From Epiperipatus broadwayi (lineage: Eukaryota; Animalia; Onychophora), in assembly GCA_028023455.1 (NCBI GenBank), contig JAQFVV010000008.1:10478001-10542000 (forward strand): 64,000 nt of DNA, read 5' to 3'. Each line of letters starts with the position of its first letter. The stretch's first letter is position 1. A program made the position numbers and the translations under genes. Under the pieces are notes generated by a model. The model worked only from the letters and a program-made list of their open reading frames with translations. It was not told the DNA's origin and ran no database searches. Below, one piece after another: positions 51,200 through 64,000 of this stretch.

Positions 51200-53519
51200 T
51201 GATATTATTTTTCCAGAGATTATCTGTTTGCAAATAATATTAATTTGGCATCTGTTTTATCAAAGAAATATATAATTTTTATTAATAATAGAAACACTTT
51301 TATTCATATAAATGCAATAAAATTAAAAAATACTTTTTTTTGAGCTTTCATAAACAAAACTGTGGGTTAAAAACAACAATTCACAAGTATATTCCCAAAG
51401 AATCACTTAATAAACTTGAACCAAATGCCAATTTTCTTGCACCAATGTAAACATATTTGGAAGGATAAACAAAAAATCATATTTGGCATTGATATAAAAA
51501 AGTAGGCATTAATTCTACAAGTTTATTTAAATGAATTTTTGGAAATGTGACTAGTAAATTATCATAGTAATGTTTTGACTTTATACTTTTATTTACAAAA
51601 GCTGAAAAAAAATCTATCTTTTTAATGCATTATCTCTTTGAAAAAAAAATTATATATTTTATTTTTCAGTTTTTAATTTTATATAATTCCAGAAATTAGG
51701 AATAAAAAGAGCTCATGTACAATTTAATACTACTTGATAACATTATTCTAAAGAATACTGAATTCTATATAAAATTAAACATTTTAATTTTTCATTAATT
51801 TTTTGCTAAAATTGTTTGCAAACTCTAAAAAATATATTTTTATCAAAAATATATGTATATGCAAAGCGTCAAGGAGTTGGGAAATGAGAATTGAGTGAAA
51901 ATTGAGTCCAGGTATCATCCAAACAGAAAGACAAAAAATAAAGTAAATTAAACAAAAGCATATAAATAATATATTATTTTCATGTTTTTCAACATTTCAT
52001 TTATGAAACGTATTCATTAGTTTATCCTGGTATAATTTATTATGTGTGTAATGCCTCCATAAATGAGTAGAGCATACATGCAAACAGCATCAAAATTTTA
52101 TTTAAAAACAATATGAAAAATAATATCTAAGAAAGAAAAGATATGTTGACCACTTTAAGATTATAAACAGAAGTGATAGAATCTATCTGGAAAATATTAA
52201 AAAACATTTTATTAGCCAGCATAAATGCTGTGAATATTTTCCTAGGAAATCTAAAGATATCTAAATTAAAGTTTACATTATTAAAAACTTTTATTAGAGA
52301 ATTATTGTGTTGTTTAGTACAAATCATTGAATTCCATGGATGCTTCTGGAAATGATTAGCTAATATAATGGGGGAGGGATACAATAAAATAATATATATT
52401 TTTAAATCATTCACCATGGAATTCAGAAAGTCTATGCATCATAGCTTCAAAAATGCTATTGTAGAGAAAAAAACTAATTTGCTTATAAATCTAACCAGTT
52501 AGATTAATATATATATATAAAGCACTTTACTTCTCTTCCAAAATTATATCTATAATAAATATAATTTTTTAGAAAACATTTATGGCTTTATCTAATGTTT
52601 TAACTGTGATAGCTATTCAAAGGATCCAGAATTTCTAAATAGTTTTAATACTAATAATATAATGACAAATTAAATCATAAAAACTTTGTAGAAACATATA
52701 AAAGTATTTAAAAAAACCAATCATATGTTGATATTCACAAAGCAACAGCCAGAAAAAAAGAAAAAAAACATTGCAGATCTGATTTAATAAGAAGTATTCT
52801 CTCATTATGTGCTTGCAAAAACTATTTTTTTAACCTCAGTAATTTTATTTCTTTAAACTTTAAAACAGAAGCCTTGAAAAATTTATGATAAATTCGATAA
52901 CTATTTATGTCTTTGCACTTTCATTTTTATGCATACTTTTTGTTATTTTACAATTATATTTTTATAGTCGATCATTTTTATTTTTTCTATATGAAGTCTG
53001 GATATTTAGTATTTTTAAATAAATTATTTTTAATTGTTTTCTTGAATACAAGGGTGAAATGTTGACTTGTTTTTCTGTAAATTGTGCAATTATTTTTAAC
53101 AGACAATGTTTTATCTTCTTATTGATCTTGTTCAAATCTGAGCCATTTTAAAGTTTGTTAAGTTTAAATAAATTGTATATTTTAGTTTAAATTCATTAAA
53201 GTGTGTATAAAAATTAAAAATATAAATAATGTTTTTAATAGTGTTTGCATCTTAATCTTTATAATACATATTTTATAACTCAGTTATCAAATATTACTTT
53301 CTTTGTAGAATCCAATAAGCTCATTGCAGCCATGAAATATATATTTTCTGTTAGTTAAAATTTAAGCTAACACTATTGTTGGATACTTCTATGTCTATTT
53401 TTTATTTATTTAAAAAAATTGTGTTGTATTATTTTTCTTTCTCTGTAAATCCCACAGAATTGGGTTTTCAGTTAGTTAATTATTAAACTCAAAACATTAA
53501 AATGGTTTTGATTTTTAGA

Positions 53520-53786
53520 GTGGTAGCTATGCTGGAAGAAAGGTGCATTAGCTCTAAAAAATTCAGGTGCACTAGATTCAGATACAAAACTCTTCACTGA
53601 TTAAAAGCCTTAAACTAGAAATTAGTCTGCAGATATGGATATAACTGTCCTGGATAAAGAATTACTAAGCACTATCATTTGGCATCTTATAGATGACTTA
53701 AGCTTACATAAGATGGCAGAATTAAATTAAGAGAAATGGATTATCTATTTAAAAATAATATGCCAATTAAAATCATGTGATGTTTT
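53520..53786 (+). mobile_element. Old, diverged retrozyme-family copy H
   Basis: gctgga...gcattag...aggtgca...cagatacaaa, then TCTTCA CTGATTA...GAA ATTAGT C TGCAGA (53591-53633), and the terminal atcatgtgatgttt motif. Confidence 0.6.
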
Positions 53787-54431
53787 GCTGATGTTACAGA
53801 TAATTCTTTCTGTCTTCATATTATTTACTATTATGTAAGTTATATTTATCTGTAGTTTACATGTGCAGAACTTTAAAAAAAAATATGTTAAAAGGGTAAT
53901 AATTTATTGATTAATAAGCTCAGTAAATCAGCAAATTTTTAAAATTTTAATAGTATATAAAAAGTAGATTTGTGAAGGATATACTATAAAATAAATTTTG
54001 TAGACAAATATATAAGATAATGAAAGAAGTAATACTATTCAAAATAAATTTATATCCTATTTTGAAGCTTAAAGATCAATAAAAAAAGATAAAAAAACTT
54101 GAAATGCATTATCTGATGAAAATCATATTGATATATGATTTAAAAATGAAAGACTTGAACAGATAAAATTAGTTTGCATAAGTAATAGAAAATTTAGTAA
54201 AAATGTTATTTTTACAATATTATAAGAAAAATTCATTAAAAATGAAGTCTAATTATATTTTTTAAAAAGGACTCTTTTTTTTATTTTGGATGATAAAAAG
54301 TCATATATTTTATAAGAAGTATGTCCACGAGTTTCCGACCATGAAAAAGATTGAAAGAATAATAATTTCATTTTTTGGAATCTGATAAATGCACACAATG
54401 ATGAAAATTTTATAAATAGATAAAATAAAGA

Positions 54432-54595
54432 AACAGGCAAAACTCTCTATATGCATCGCCACTCAGTGCAAGCCACAGTAATCAATAGATGCCAAAAGGC
54501 TTGCACTGGGTGGCAATACATATAGAGAGTTTTGCCTGTTTTAATAACAGTTAAGAGCAAGCATAAGAAATGGTGATCATGTGATGTTTATTGAC
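54432..54595. mobile_element. Retrozyme-family insertion I (hairpin, no hammerhead, tail on right)
   Basis: Long near-perfect inverted arms; probable 10-bp TSD AAA(A/G)TAAAGA (54422-54431 / 54596-54605). Confidence 0.85.
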
Positions 54596-55264
54596 AAAGT
54601 AAAGAGTGAAGGTGTACTTAAAAAAATTGGAAAAAAAAATTAATATTGTGAAAAAACTTTAAAATATGTTGATGCCAATCATTAAGCATTCAGAATAGCA
54701 TAGAATGTTTGTAGAAGGTAATGTAGATGGGAAAACTGAATGGGTAGGCCAAAAATTTTTTTAAAATAATATTCAAGCAATAATAATATCAGATAATCAA
54801 AAGTCTGATTCTGAAAATAATATAGGAATTTAAGCCTTAGGTTAAGAAAAGTAAAATTTTAAAAATGACTCTCAAAGACTTAGTCATTAGTAAATTATAA
54901 AAGAATGTGTTTTATGATTAAATTATAAAATTTACTTTAATAAGATCAATTATTAAAAATAGAAGTATATGTTAATAATGAAGTAGATTATACCTTTGGA
55001 AAGGGTGAAGGGATTATTTCTTTGAATGTTTGAAAAAACATATTATTCATAAAAATTGAAAGTGTTCATTAAAATAGAAATATAAAATCATATGAACATT
55101 AATAAAGCAAATATATTGTAAAATAACACATAAATAAATAAAATAAGTCAACAATATAAAACCATATTTTAAATATAGTAATTAAATTGCATGGAAGTTT
55201 AATGTAGCACTCTATTAAGTAATACATATACATTTATTTATTTAGTGAGTTAGTGTGTGGTATC

Positions 55265-56170
55265 AGCACATTAAAATTCAACACCAGCAACTCTTAACCA
55301 ATCAAGAAACAACTTCTCCAAGTTATGTAGAACAAAGAGGCTCACAAAAGCCTGGTAAATTGGAAACTCCTTGTAAATATGTACCATAGTTTGTGTTCTT
55401 CCACACTCACTATTTAAATAGTCTATAAATTTCCACTTATGAACATATAATGGCATCTATCCTGACCTGATTCTGTTAATCTTTGACCAGAGTTTTTTTG
55501 GGTGTAACCAGGTATTAGGAGAGAGTAGTGAGCCATTCGAGTATGATTATTTATATTGGAGTTATTCCAGTCATGTGCCCACATTCTGTTGACATTTAAT
55601 GTGGATAGCTGCTGAGAATTACGAGTAAGTCAAAAATGCTGTCTTGATTTTAGCCTGTTTGAAGGAATGTTCAGAATAATATTGATTGGATGTTAGGGTA
55701 GCTCAAGAAGCTTGCTAAATTCATTGGTAGTTGCAAACTTCCATCTGAGGTTAATTGGAGAGATATTTGAGAGTAGAGATAACCATTTTACTGGTGTTGA
55801 TTTAAGAATGCCAGAAATAATCTGCAGTATTTCAATAATCTGAATATCCTCAAGATTAGTATGTTTACTTCTGCACCATACTGGTGAGCAGTATTCAGCC
55901 ACAGGGTAAGCAAGTGATAGTTTTCTAAGGATGTCAGCATTAGAACCCTATGTGATGCCTGCACACTTGGAGATAATATTATTTTTAGTGACAAGTTTAT
56001 TTTTATATCAGCAAGATGGAGCTTAAAGCAAAGAGTTTGATCCAATTTAATTCCCAAGTATTTTGGATGTGATTGATTTGTAACTTTGTAGTTACAGAAA
56101 TTAACATTAAGAGCTTTTTTGGCTAGATTGTTATGGAGGTGAAAACAAGTTGGAAACTGATCTCTTTGGT
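55265..56170 (-). mobile_element. 5'-truncated decayed LINE, RT C-terminal region (Ingi/Vingi-like, clade tentative)
   Basis: GIKLDQTLCFKLH; AEYCSPVWCRSKH...ISGILKSTPVKWL..L.NI.P; PG...WSKINRIRSG; ECG..QTM.HI; DWL. Confidence 0.75.
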
Positions 56171-56857
56171 TAGGCTTGAGGTTCCAAAAACTGAAATAAT
56201 TAAAATAATCCTACGGTATCTTTAAATCAGATATATATATATTTCAGCAATAAATTGTAAATTGAAAGAAGATTAACCCTGACCAATATAAAACAGAAAT
56301 GAATATTTTTTTATAAAGCGAAAAACTAATAAAAGAATGGCCAATAATAAATGTTTAAAAAAATTTGGATAGAAAATAAGTTTTATGTATAAAATTTGAT
56401 TATTTTAAGCATATAGTATTTAAATAGGACAATTTTATAACTTAGATGATTTTTATTACGACCAGCTGTAAATAATTAAAAATCTTGTAAATAGAAATAA
56501 AAAATCATTAGACTTAACATTTAAATGTATATGAAGACTTAGCATACATGTATATCATAAGATATACATGTATATCATAAGATGTCTGCACCAAGATATA
56601 TGAAAAAAAAATCTAATTAATATTGCATTACAACCAGGTAATATTACTTTATCATCACTAGTGATAGATTACCATTAGTCACTCCATTTTAAGCATGAAT
56701 TATTCTAGCATTTTAATATTAGTAATAGTACATCATCGACTTTAAAAAATCCATTACAATATTAAAAAGAATTATACAAAAGTTTAAACATCATCAACAT
56801 ATTTTTTCCTATATTATATAGTCTTTCTAAATTCTTTTCTTCTTCCAGAAAAAACAC

Positions 56858-56891
56858 TTGATGAAGACTACATAGTACAGTCGAAACTGTA
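56858..56891 (+). ncRNA. Fossil hammerhead core (GACT/AGTC stem II family)
   Basis: TTGATGA A GACT ACATAGTAC AGTC GAA ACTGT A; no convincing stem I. Confidence 0.35.
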
Positions 56892-57280
56892 ATTAGTAAT
56901 AAAAGTTTTTTGGTTGAAAAGTGTAAGATTTTTGAAATTCAATATTATATTTTTTACCTGATATGATAAATAATTATAAATTTCATATTTAAGCCAAATA
57001 TTTACTTTGACTTTTTCATAGGCAATAGATACCTAGTTTATTAAATTGTTCTTGAGTAACATCACATATTTGTAACTTGCTGATTGTAATATTGTATTTG
57101 TTTTGATGAAATTGGAATCCATTAATTAATATTGTACTTCAAAGATTAATATATTAGGTTATTTGTAGGCATTTTTATATTATTATATTTATTTTGTACA
57201 ACTAAATAAATTACAAATTTAATTAGTTGTCTTTCTATAATCTCATTACTGCATATATAAAAAATATCATACCAATCTTG

Positions 57281-57354
57281 TACTGACAGTGCAAATATTT
57301 TAAATTGTGTGTAAATAAAGTTTTAATTAAATCACGTATATTGCACTGACAGTA
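57281..57354. repeat. Tiny inverted-repeat element (17-bp arms), possible mini-MITE
   Basis: tactgacagtgcaaatat ... atattgcactgacagta, with TA at both ends. Confidence 0.4.
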
Positions 57355-58303
57355 TTGTATTTTTTAAAAAGAACTTTTAAAATAAATTATGTAAATTAGT
57401 GCAGCTTATAAAAAGATTCTGACATTCTTAGCATGCAGCAGACAAAAGCAATCAGTCACAGTCAAGATGAAAAAATGGCTGCCAAAAGAAAAAATGCATT
57501 CCCAGAAGAAAGAAAAGATAATGTTCAACAAAGTTAGTTTTAGTAAATTACTTACTATTAAAATTCAAACAGAAAGAAGTTCACATAAACATTAATTAGA
57601 TGAGTAAACAAACTGTTTGGAGATAAATGAACTATATAATTATCACAATTCCCAAAAGTAAACGATAAATTATTGTCAGTAATATAATTTTATTGTATTT
57701 GTTATATTGTTAAATTAATGCCTCAGCAAACAGAAATAAAATTACTGATATATTTATTCAACTTGTGTGTATATTATTCATTTTTGCTTACATGGCTGAG
57801 ATTGTCTCCCCATGTGTGTTAAATTTTCTAATAGCATTATTTATGCTTCAAAAGCTCTGAATTAAACAACCAGAAATTAGTACCTCCTTTTACTTCAACA
57901 AAAACTCCAATAAAAGAGCTATTATAAGTTAATGAAAAACCTTATTTAGCCTCAGGGATTGTCAATTAATAGTAATTGATAATTTCTAAGCAACGTCAAA
58001 GGTTAAGCATTAACTCTTCTTACATGGATATAATCTCATTTATATTTTTTATTATAACAACAAAACATGAAAATATTTTATATATATTATGCAAATATAT
58101 TAATGACTTTGTTCTATATTTTTCTATACATTTAGAAATGATAACAGTATATACCCATTTTATGTTGTAGGTTTATTAAAGAATTTAACTATCATCATCA
58201 TCATAGTGATGATACTTTTTTAGCATTGCCAAGTCACTTTCTTTAAAAGTTCACCCAATATAACATTAATTGGTCATATAGTGTCTGATTATCATTACTA
58301 CGA

Positions 58304-58416
<113 letters not shown>

Positions 58417-58779
58417 GTTTCCAACCAGTAACCACCTAAACATTCACAGTAAATATAGCAATCAATATTTCTAACTGCTGTCAAGGCAACCTTCACACCT
58501 TTTAATAGCAAGAATGGAAATCCATTCTTACTAATGATCCATTGAATATATATGGACACTTAAAGATTGCAACTTGACTACAGAGTATGAAATATTGTTA
58601 CAATGAAGTTTAAATAAACCTCTTTAAACATGAAATAAACATGTCACTATAATGCAGACTAATAAATAGTCATCTAAAACATTATTTAATGCAATACTTT
58701 TAAATTGCCCATGTATTATTTAGAAATAATAAGCGAATATATATAAAGTTTGATGTCTGTATTCTTTCCAAAATATATT

Positions 58780-59280
58780 TAATATTCAAATTTATATATA
58801 TATTAAATACCTTGATATTCACACAAATTTAAAGTTATTTTTATTAGAAGTACTTTCAACTATATTCTTTATAGTCTTTGTCAACTATATAACAAACTAT
58901 ATAACATTGAATAATCAAAACAAGACATTTCATAACTCCCATAATTCAACCCAATTCTCTCATAAATCTCTTATTTTAATGTTTGGTGATTGTCAATTAT
59001 TAACATATATTCAATAACATATATTCTTTAACATATATTAATTTCAAGAAATCATCAAATGTTAATGAATTGACAATCATCAAACAATAAAATAACAGAA
59101 TTGTGGGAAAACTGGATTTAATCATGAGAGTTATAAAATGATGTCTCATTTTTATTATTCAGTGTTATATAGATGACAAAGGTTACAAAGAATATAGTCG
59201 AAAGTACTTTTAAAAAAATAACTTTAAAATTGTGTAAATATTACTGTATTTAATATATATATATATAAATTTGATTATTA
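58780..59280. mobile_element. Diverged ~500-bp palindrome with a fossil hammerhead in each arm
   Basis: 58780-~59005 aligns by eye to the reverse complement of ~59050-59280; motifs at 58845-58887 (-) and 59170-59209 (+). Confidence 0.7.
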
Positions 59281-62200
59281 CATATATACATATTAGTTGT
59301 TTTTTTTTAAATTATCAATGTTTTGATAAACTCATATTCATCTTTGTCAATGATAAAGCTATATTGTGAAATTTAAATGTAAAATTAACATGCAGTAGGA
59401 CCCAAAAAAGATGATAATTTCATCATATAATCATGGAAATATATATATATTATGTACTGTTATAAATGGCATGGCAAATAACATTGACATTCCTGGTGAA
59501 GATTAATAAGCTGAAATGACACTGTGCTGGAGGAAATAATGACAATATAATGGCAGATATACTTTTAAACTTTATCTAAAAAAAATTGTAAAACATCTAG
59601 AAAATGATAATGTATGAAATGGGTGGATAAAATAAAAAACAGAAGTTGCTTAATGGACAAACTGGATTAAACTTGGAAATACTTTAATCTTATACTAGAT
59701 TTGGAATGTTTAAAAAAAATGATGAGGCGGATGATGTCTGTTGAGACTTTAAAAAAATTGAATATTACTGCTATTGGAAAGTTTTAAAAAATGTTTAAAA
59801 AATGTATTAAAAGGGCAATGGCTATATTTATTAAAGAAAGTAACCCAACTTACATATAGATTATATATATATTCCCCTAATTTTGATCTGTTATAATTGA
59901 TTTCCCAAAGTGAGGCATAATGATTATATCCTCAGCTGCTATTATATTATATATTTTTTATTACAAAATATAATTTAGTATAATTGATTATTTAAAAAAG
60001 TTATATATAGTAATTATAAAAGAACTTGTGTGCAGTTACAAAATGATGAATTCAAAAGCTAAATATTTCTAAATCAATTCTCAGAAAATGAAAATAAAAA
60101 TGTCAAATTTGATCAATTTAACTTTGTCCTATACTTTGGTGTTCAAACATCACATGACTTTTCAAAGATTAACCATTCAATTTTTTATTACAAAATATAA
60201 AATACCAAACAAACAAAACAGTACACTTAATATAAATTGGTTGAGCATTTTCAAAAATTAATAAAAAGTATATTGTCTAATATAAAGCTAAAATCTATTA
60301 TCATTCTAATGAGAAAGAGAGATCATTGGTTTTAAAATAAAATATAAATTTATTTCATGAAAAATATTTAAGAAATCAAGCTGCTGCTATAGTTGTTACT
60401 TTATTTTAAAATGTTTGTATTAAAAAAATCTAAAACACATTAATATACATACTATAAATCATATTTGATTAAAAATATATGAGTCCTTGTAATTAAATTA
60501 TCATTCATTCTTTATATCAAAATTGTGGTAAAAGTAACAAGACTTGTTATAAATAGTTAAAAGATTTATTTTGATTTTAAGCTGCAATGGAAGTTGGAAT
60601 CCAAATATTTTACATTTTAAGTGCTATAGATGTTGAAATATATTTAACAGAAGCTTGTGATGATGAAAGAGAATTTGACTTCCTAGGAAGATGCTGCATA
60701 TCTGCAAAGATTGGTGGCAGAGATAACTGGATAATGAAGAAAATTATGCATGAAATAATAAAAGTGATATCCATAGAACTTCTGCATTGTGATAGATACT
60801 ATTAAATGACAGAAGTTTTCTGAGATGATAGTTATGAATATTAAAGAGTGTAGCTAGCTGATTAATAATTTGATAGTGAATATTTAAAAACTTTTCATAA
60901 AGAATATGTGCCATAAATTGATAAGAATGATGCAAAAAAGACGACACAATGTCAAACAAGTGAATTGTTATCTACTATGTGAAGACATTTTCAATTTAGA
61001 CGCTGATTTAATGAGTAAACAGAAAAAAGTAAAATATAAAAATTCTATTAAATTTCTATCTGCAGGTTATATCTAAGCAAATTGAAACAGAAAAAAAAAT
61101 TACATTAGGATAGATAAACGGAACTTACGTATTCAGAAGTGGTATATATGTATGTGTGTGAGTATAATTATGTATCTTCTTTTTAATAAATTTAAAAAAT
61201 ATTTTGACACATAAATGAAAAACAATCATGACCTGATTCTAGACCATTGTTATTCCAACTCACCAATAACTTTGATATTCTAAGGGATCCCACTATATGG
61301 AAATTGTAAATATAATGGTAAACCCTGTACATCGTTTGTGAGTGGAGAACTTGATGAGGTAGCCGAGAGAAGCTCAAGAGAAACTGTCACCAGGTCTTTT
61401 TATTAAACTGTTTCAGGAAATTATCAGAAAATTTCTTTGACTGCAAATGCTTTTATTAGTGTCAGATGTCATGCTGCTTTTAAAGATAAAGTTGAGAATG
61501 AAATAATTCCAACTCTCCTCATATTACTTCAGTGTAATAATTATCAGCCTCCTAGAAATTTTATATTGAAAATTGCCAAGGAATACAAATTTGCAAATTA
61601 AAAATATTGTTTTGTGCTTACTATATACCTACATACATATATCTGTGTGTTTTTATTTATATCATAAAAATGGATCTGGTTACTCAAAACATATATATAT
61701 ATATTGATGTAATAAGATAATATACACTTCATAATTTAGCATAGAAATAGAGTGGCGAACATAAAAGCTAAAAGTCCAGACCAAATATTGCAACTCGGTT
61801 TTATAACATGCAATGATAATTATCGTCCAATTGTTTTTTTTTCTTCCCTTGGTAGAATAATAAAATATTAACATTATTAACGTGATTTTGCTTTTATTCA
61901 TCATTTCTTAAACAATATAGATATAGACAATTAATTGTATAGGTGATATAAGAAATATAGATATAAAAAAGTAGGCAGGAGCAGATAGATAGATAAATAA
62001 AAAAAATTAAGAGTAAAAAATAATGGCTAATTATCACTATTAATCAATAGGATTTTTTTTACTTATCAGTAATTTTAAAACTGTAGTAGAATAATAAACG
62101 CAAGAGCTAAAGTTCTCTGGGTCAAAACTCAATTCTGATATTCCTTGGGATTGAAAGTCAAGTGAATTCCCAAGCAACAAGTCTCAATTTTTTAATAACA

Positions 62201-64000
62201 ACAGTCTGCTTTTAATTACAGATTTCTTCTATTTAGTTTTCTTCAATAGAAGAAATTGTTAGATCTATCAAAAATTATCTGAAATCATTTTACTAATTTT
62301 ACTTATTAATTTGGATTATCAAAAAATGTGTGGAAAATAATAAACGGATGGAGAAGTGTTTAAATTTCCATTGCTTTGAATAAAAATCAATACATAATAC
62401 AAACAAATACAGTATTAATCAATTGATATAAATAGTATAAGATAATCATTGTCTTTCAAGTGCCCATTCTGAAAGCAGCAAATTTTTGAATGCAAAGTCA
62501 ATGTCTCTTCTTAAAAACAAAACTTTACCTTATGATAAACTTCGGTTTAATAAAAAAGGCAAAAAAATTATAAGCTTATGGAATAAAATTATATCAAGGC
62601 TAAAAGTATGACACTTCTGTATTTTTTAAAAAAATTCATAGAAAGTGTCAAATATATTCTCTTTAGAGTAATTTCTCCAACAAAAAAATGCAGTAAAATT
62701 ACTTAAGCAAATATTGAGGATATATAAAAATCAAACAAGAAGCTCCTATAAATTCAAAGTTATTGTAATTTCACTTTAAGTATTCCACTATTCACTTCTA
62801 ATAATGTAAATATTAAAATTCCTAAACCCATATTAGTTTTTGACAGAGCCCTTACTAAATATGATAAGTTTACTTTTTTTCAAATCAATTAATGAAGTAA
62901 ACAATCTCAATTGGAAATATTTTATATGGTATAGAAATCACCACTCAGATGAATAATCTTTGTGTATGTAATGCTTCCAAACTGTTAATATAATAAAATG
63001 GTCCTATTATTTTCCAACATATTTGCCTAAATATTTTATACTTATAGAAGATGTTGATTTAAATATAACTTTTTGATTGTTCAAATATAGATAAAATTAT
63101 TGTGGAAGTACTGAAAATCTCTAGCAAGCTATATGTAACTTTACATAGAGCTTATTTGAGGTTTTCAGTATTTCTGCATTAATTTTAAGTTATTGATTTT
63201 AATAGTAATCTTTAGAAATATGTAATTGAGGATAAATAAAATATCTCAACTTTTAGAACAGATAATTTAAACCACAAGTATCTATCTACTTTACAGTGCT
63301 AAGCAAAAAAGAATATTTGTTTCAGAAAGATTGTGTACAGAAGAGACAATACTTAATTTATGTTTTGCTCTAACAAAATATGTTTCAACATTGCTTGTTA
63401 ATCTACTAATAATTGATTATTTTATCTACAGATAACATTAATTCTTATCACTCTTTGAATCTACATTCTCGTAACAGAAATCCATTCAATCCTAAGATGG
63501 TATAAATATAATGGATATTTTGAAAGCAATATTCATAGAATGCTTGCCAGCTTCTCTTGCCACTAATCGATTTAGAAATTTTATACAAGAGCTGCTAAAT
63601 ATCCAAATTTAAGATTTAAAGTTAAAAATATATTGGCAGAACTATTCACCAACAAAAAACTATAACAATTTTAAAACCTAATAAACTTAAGACTGATCTT
63701 AAATATTATTTCCCAAGATTACTATTATGGTATTTCCTAAAAGTAATTAATATGTATATATTAACAAGAAAATTATAACAATAGTCAAAGATCTATCTTT
63801 AGAATAGATTGTATTTTGACAAGGACAAAGCTGTTGTGAATACATTCATATTTAACTACTTTTATTAAAAGATTTATCATAATAACATAAGAAGTGATGC
63901 TGCCTTTATTAGTCTAATATTATTTTATGATTCTATTTGGAAAAATGATATCCTTTTAAAATTCTTAAATTCAGGAAATTCATTAATTTATTTGACAAAA

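Noticed and set aside
60560-63620. Several GC-richer exon-like segments (near 60640, 61300, 61750, 63520)
   Set aside because: Plausible on either strand with no consistent phase chain or recognisable protein.

Overview
AT-rich, CpG-depleted eukaryotic DNA, probably from an invertebrate animal (inference). It is mostly intronic or intergenic and full of decayed transposons: two Penelope-like GIY-YIG remnants, piggyBac, mariner, three hAT elements, a near-complete esterase-ORF1 LINE, an Ingi/Vingi-like and an RTE-like LINE end, plus a tRNA-Gly(TCC) pseudogene. No intact long host ORF exists. Several short candidate exons have good splice signals, but I could not identify the gene(s). The main discovery is a non-coding repeat family with a ~446-nt monomer carrying a minimal type I hammerhead ribozyme (consensus TCCTCA-CTGATGA-TGGC-CACAA-GCCA-GAA-ACTAGT-C-TGGGGA). 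It occurs at 7 loci with 9 hammerhead copies, at least one apparently intact. Six loci are flanked by 10-14 bp AT-rich target-site duplications. Every one of these six is a fold-back: both ends are element 3' ends and only one carries a ~40-60 nt tail. This fits a retrozyme-like, non-autonomous element mobilised by Penelope-like machinery. Other fold-back elements with fossil hammerheads of different sequence families are also present. All alignments, folds and translations were done by eye.
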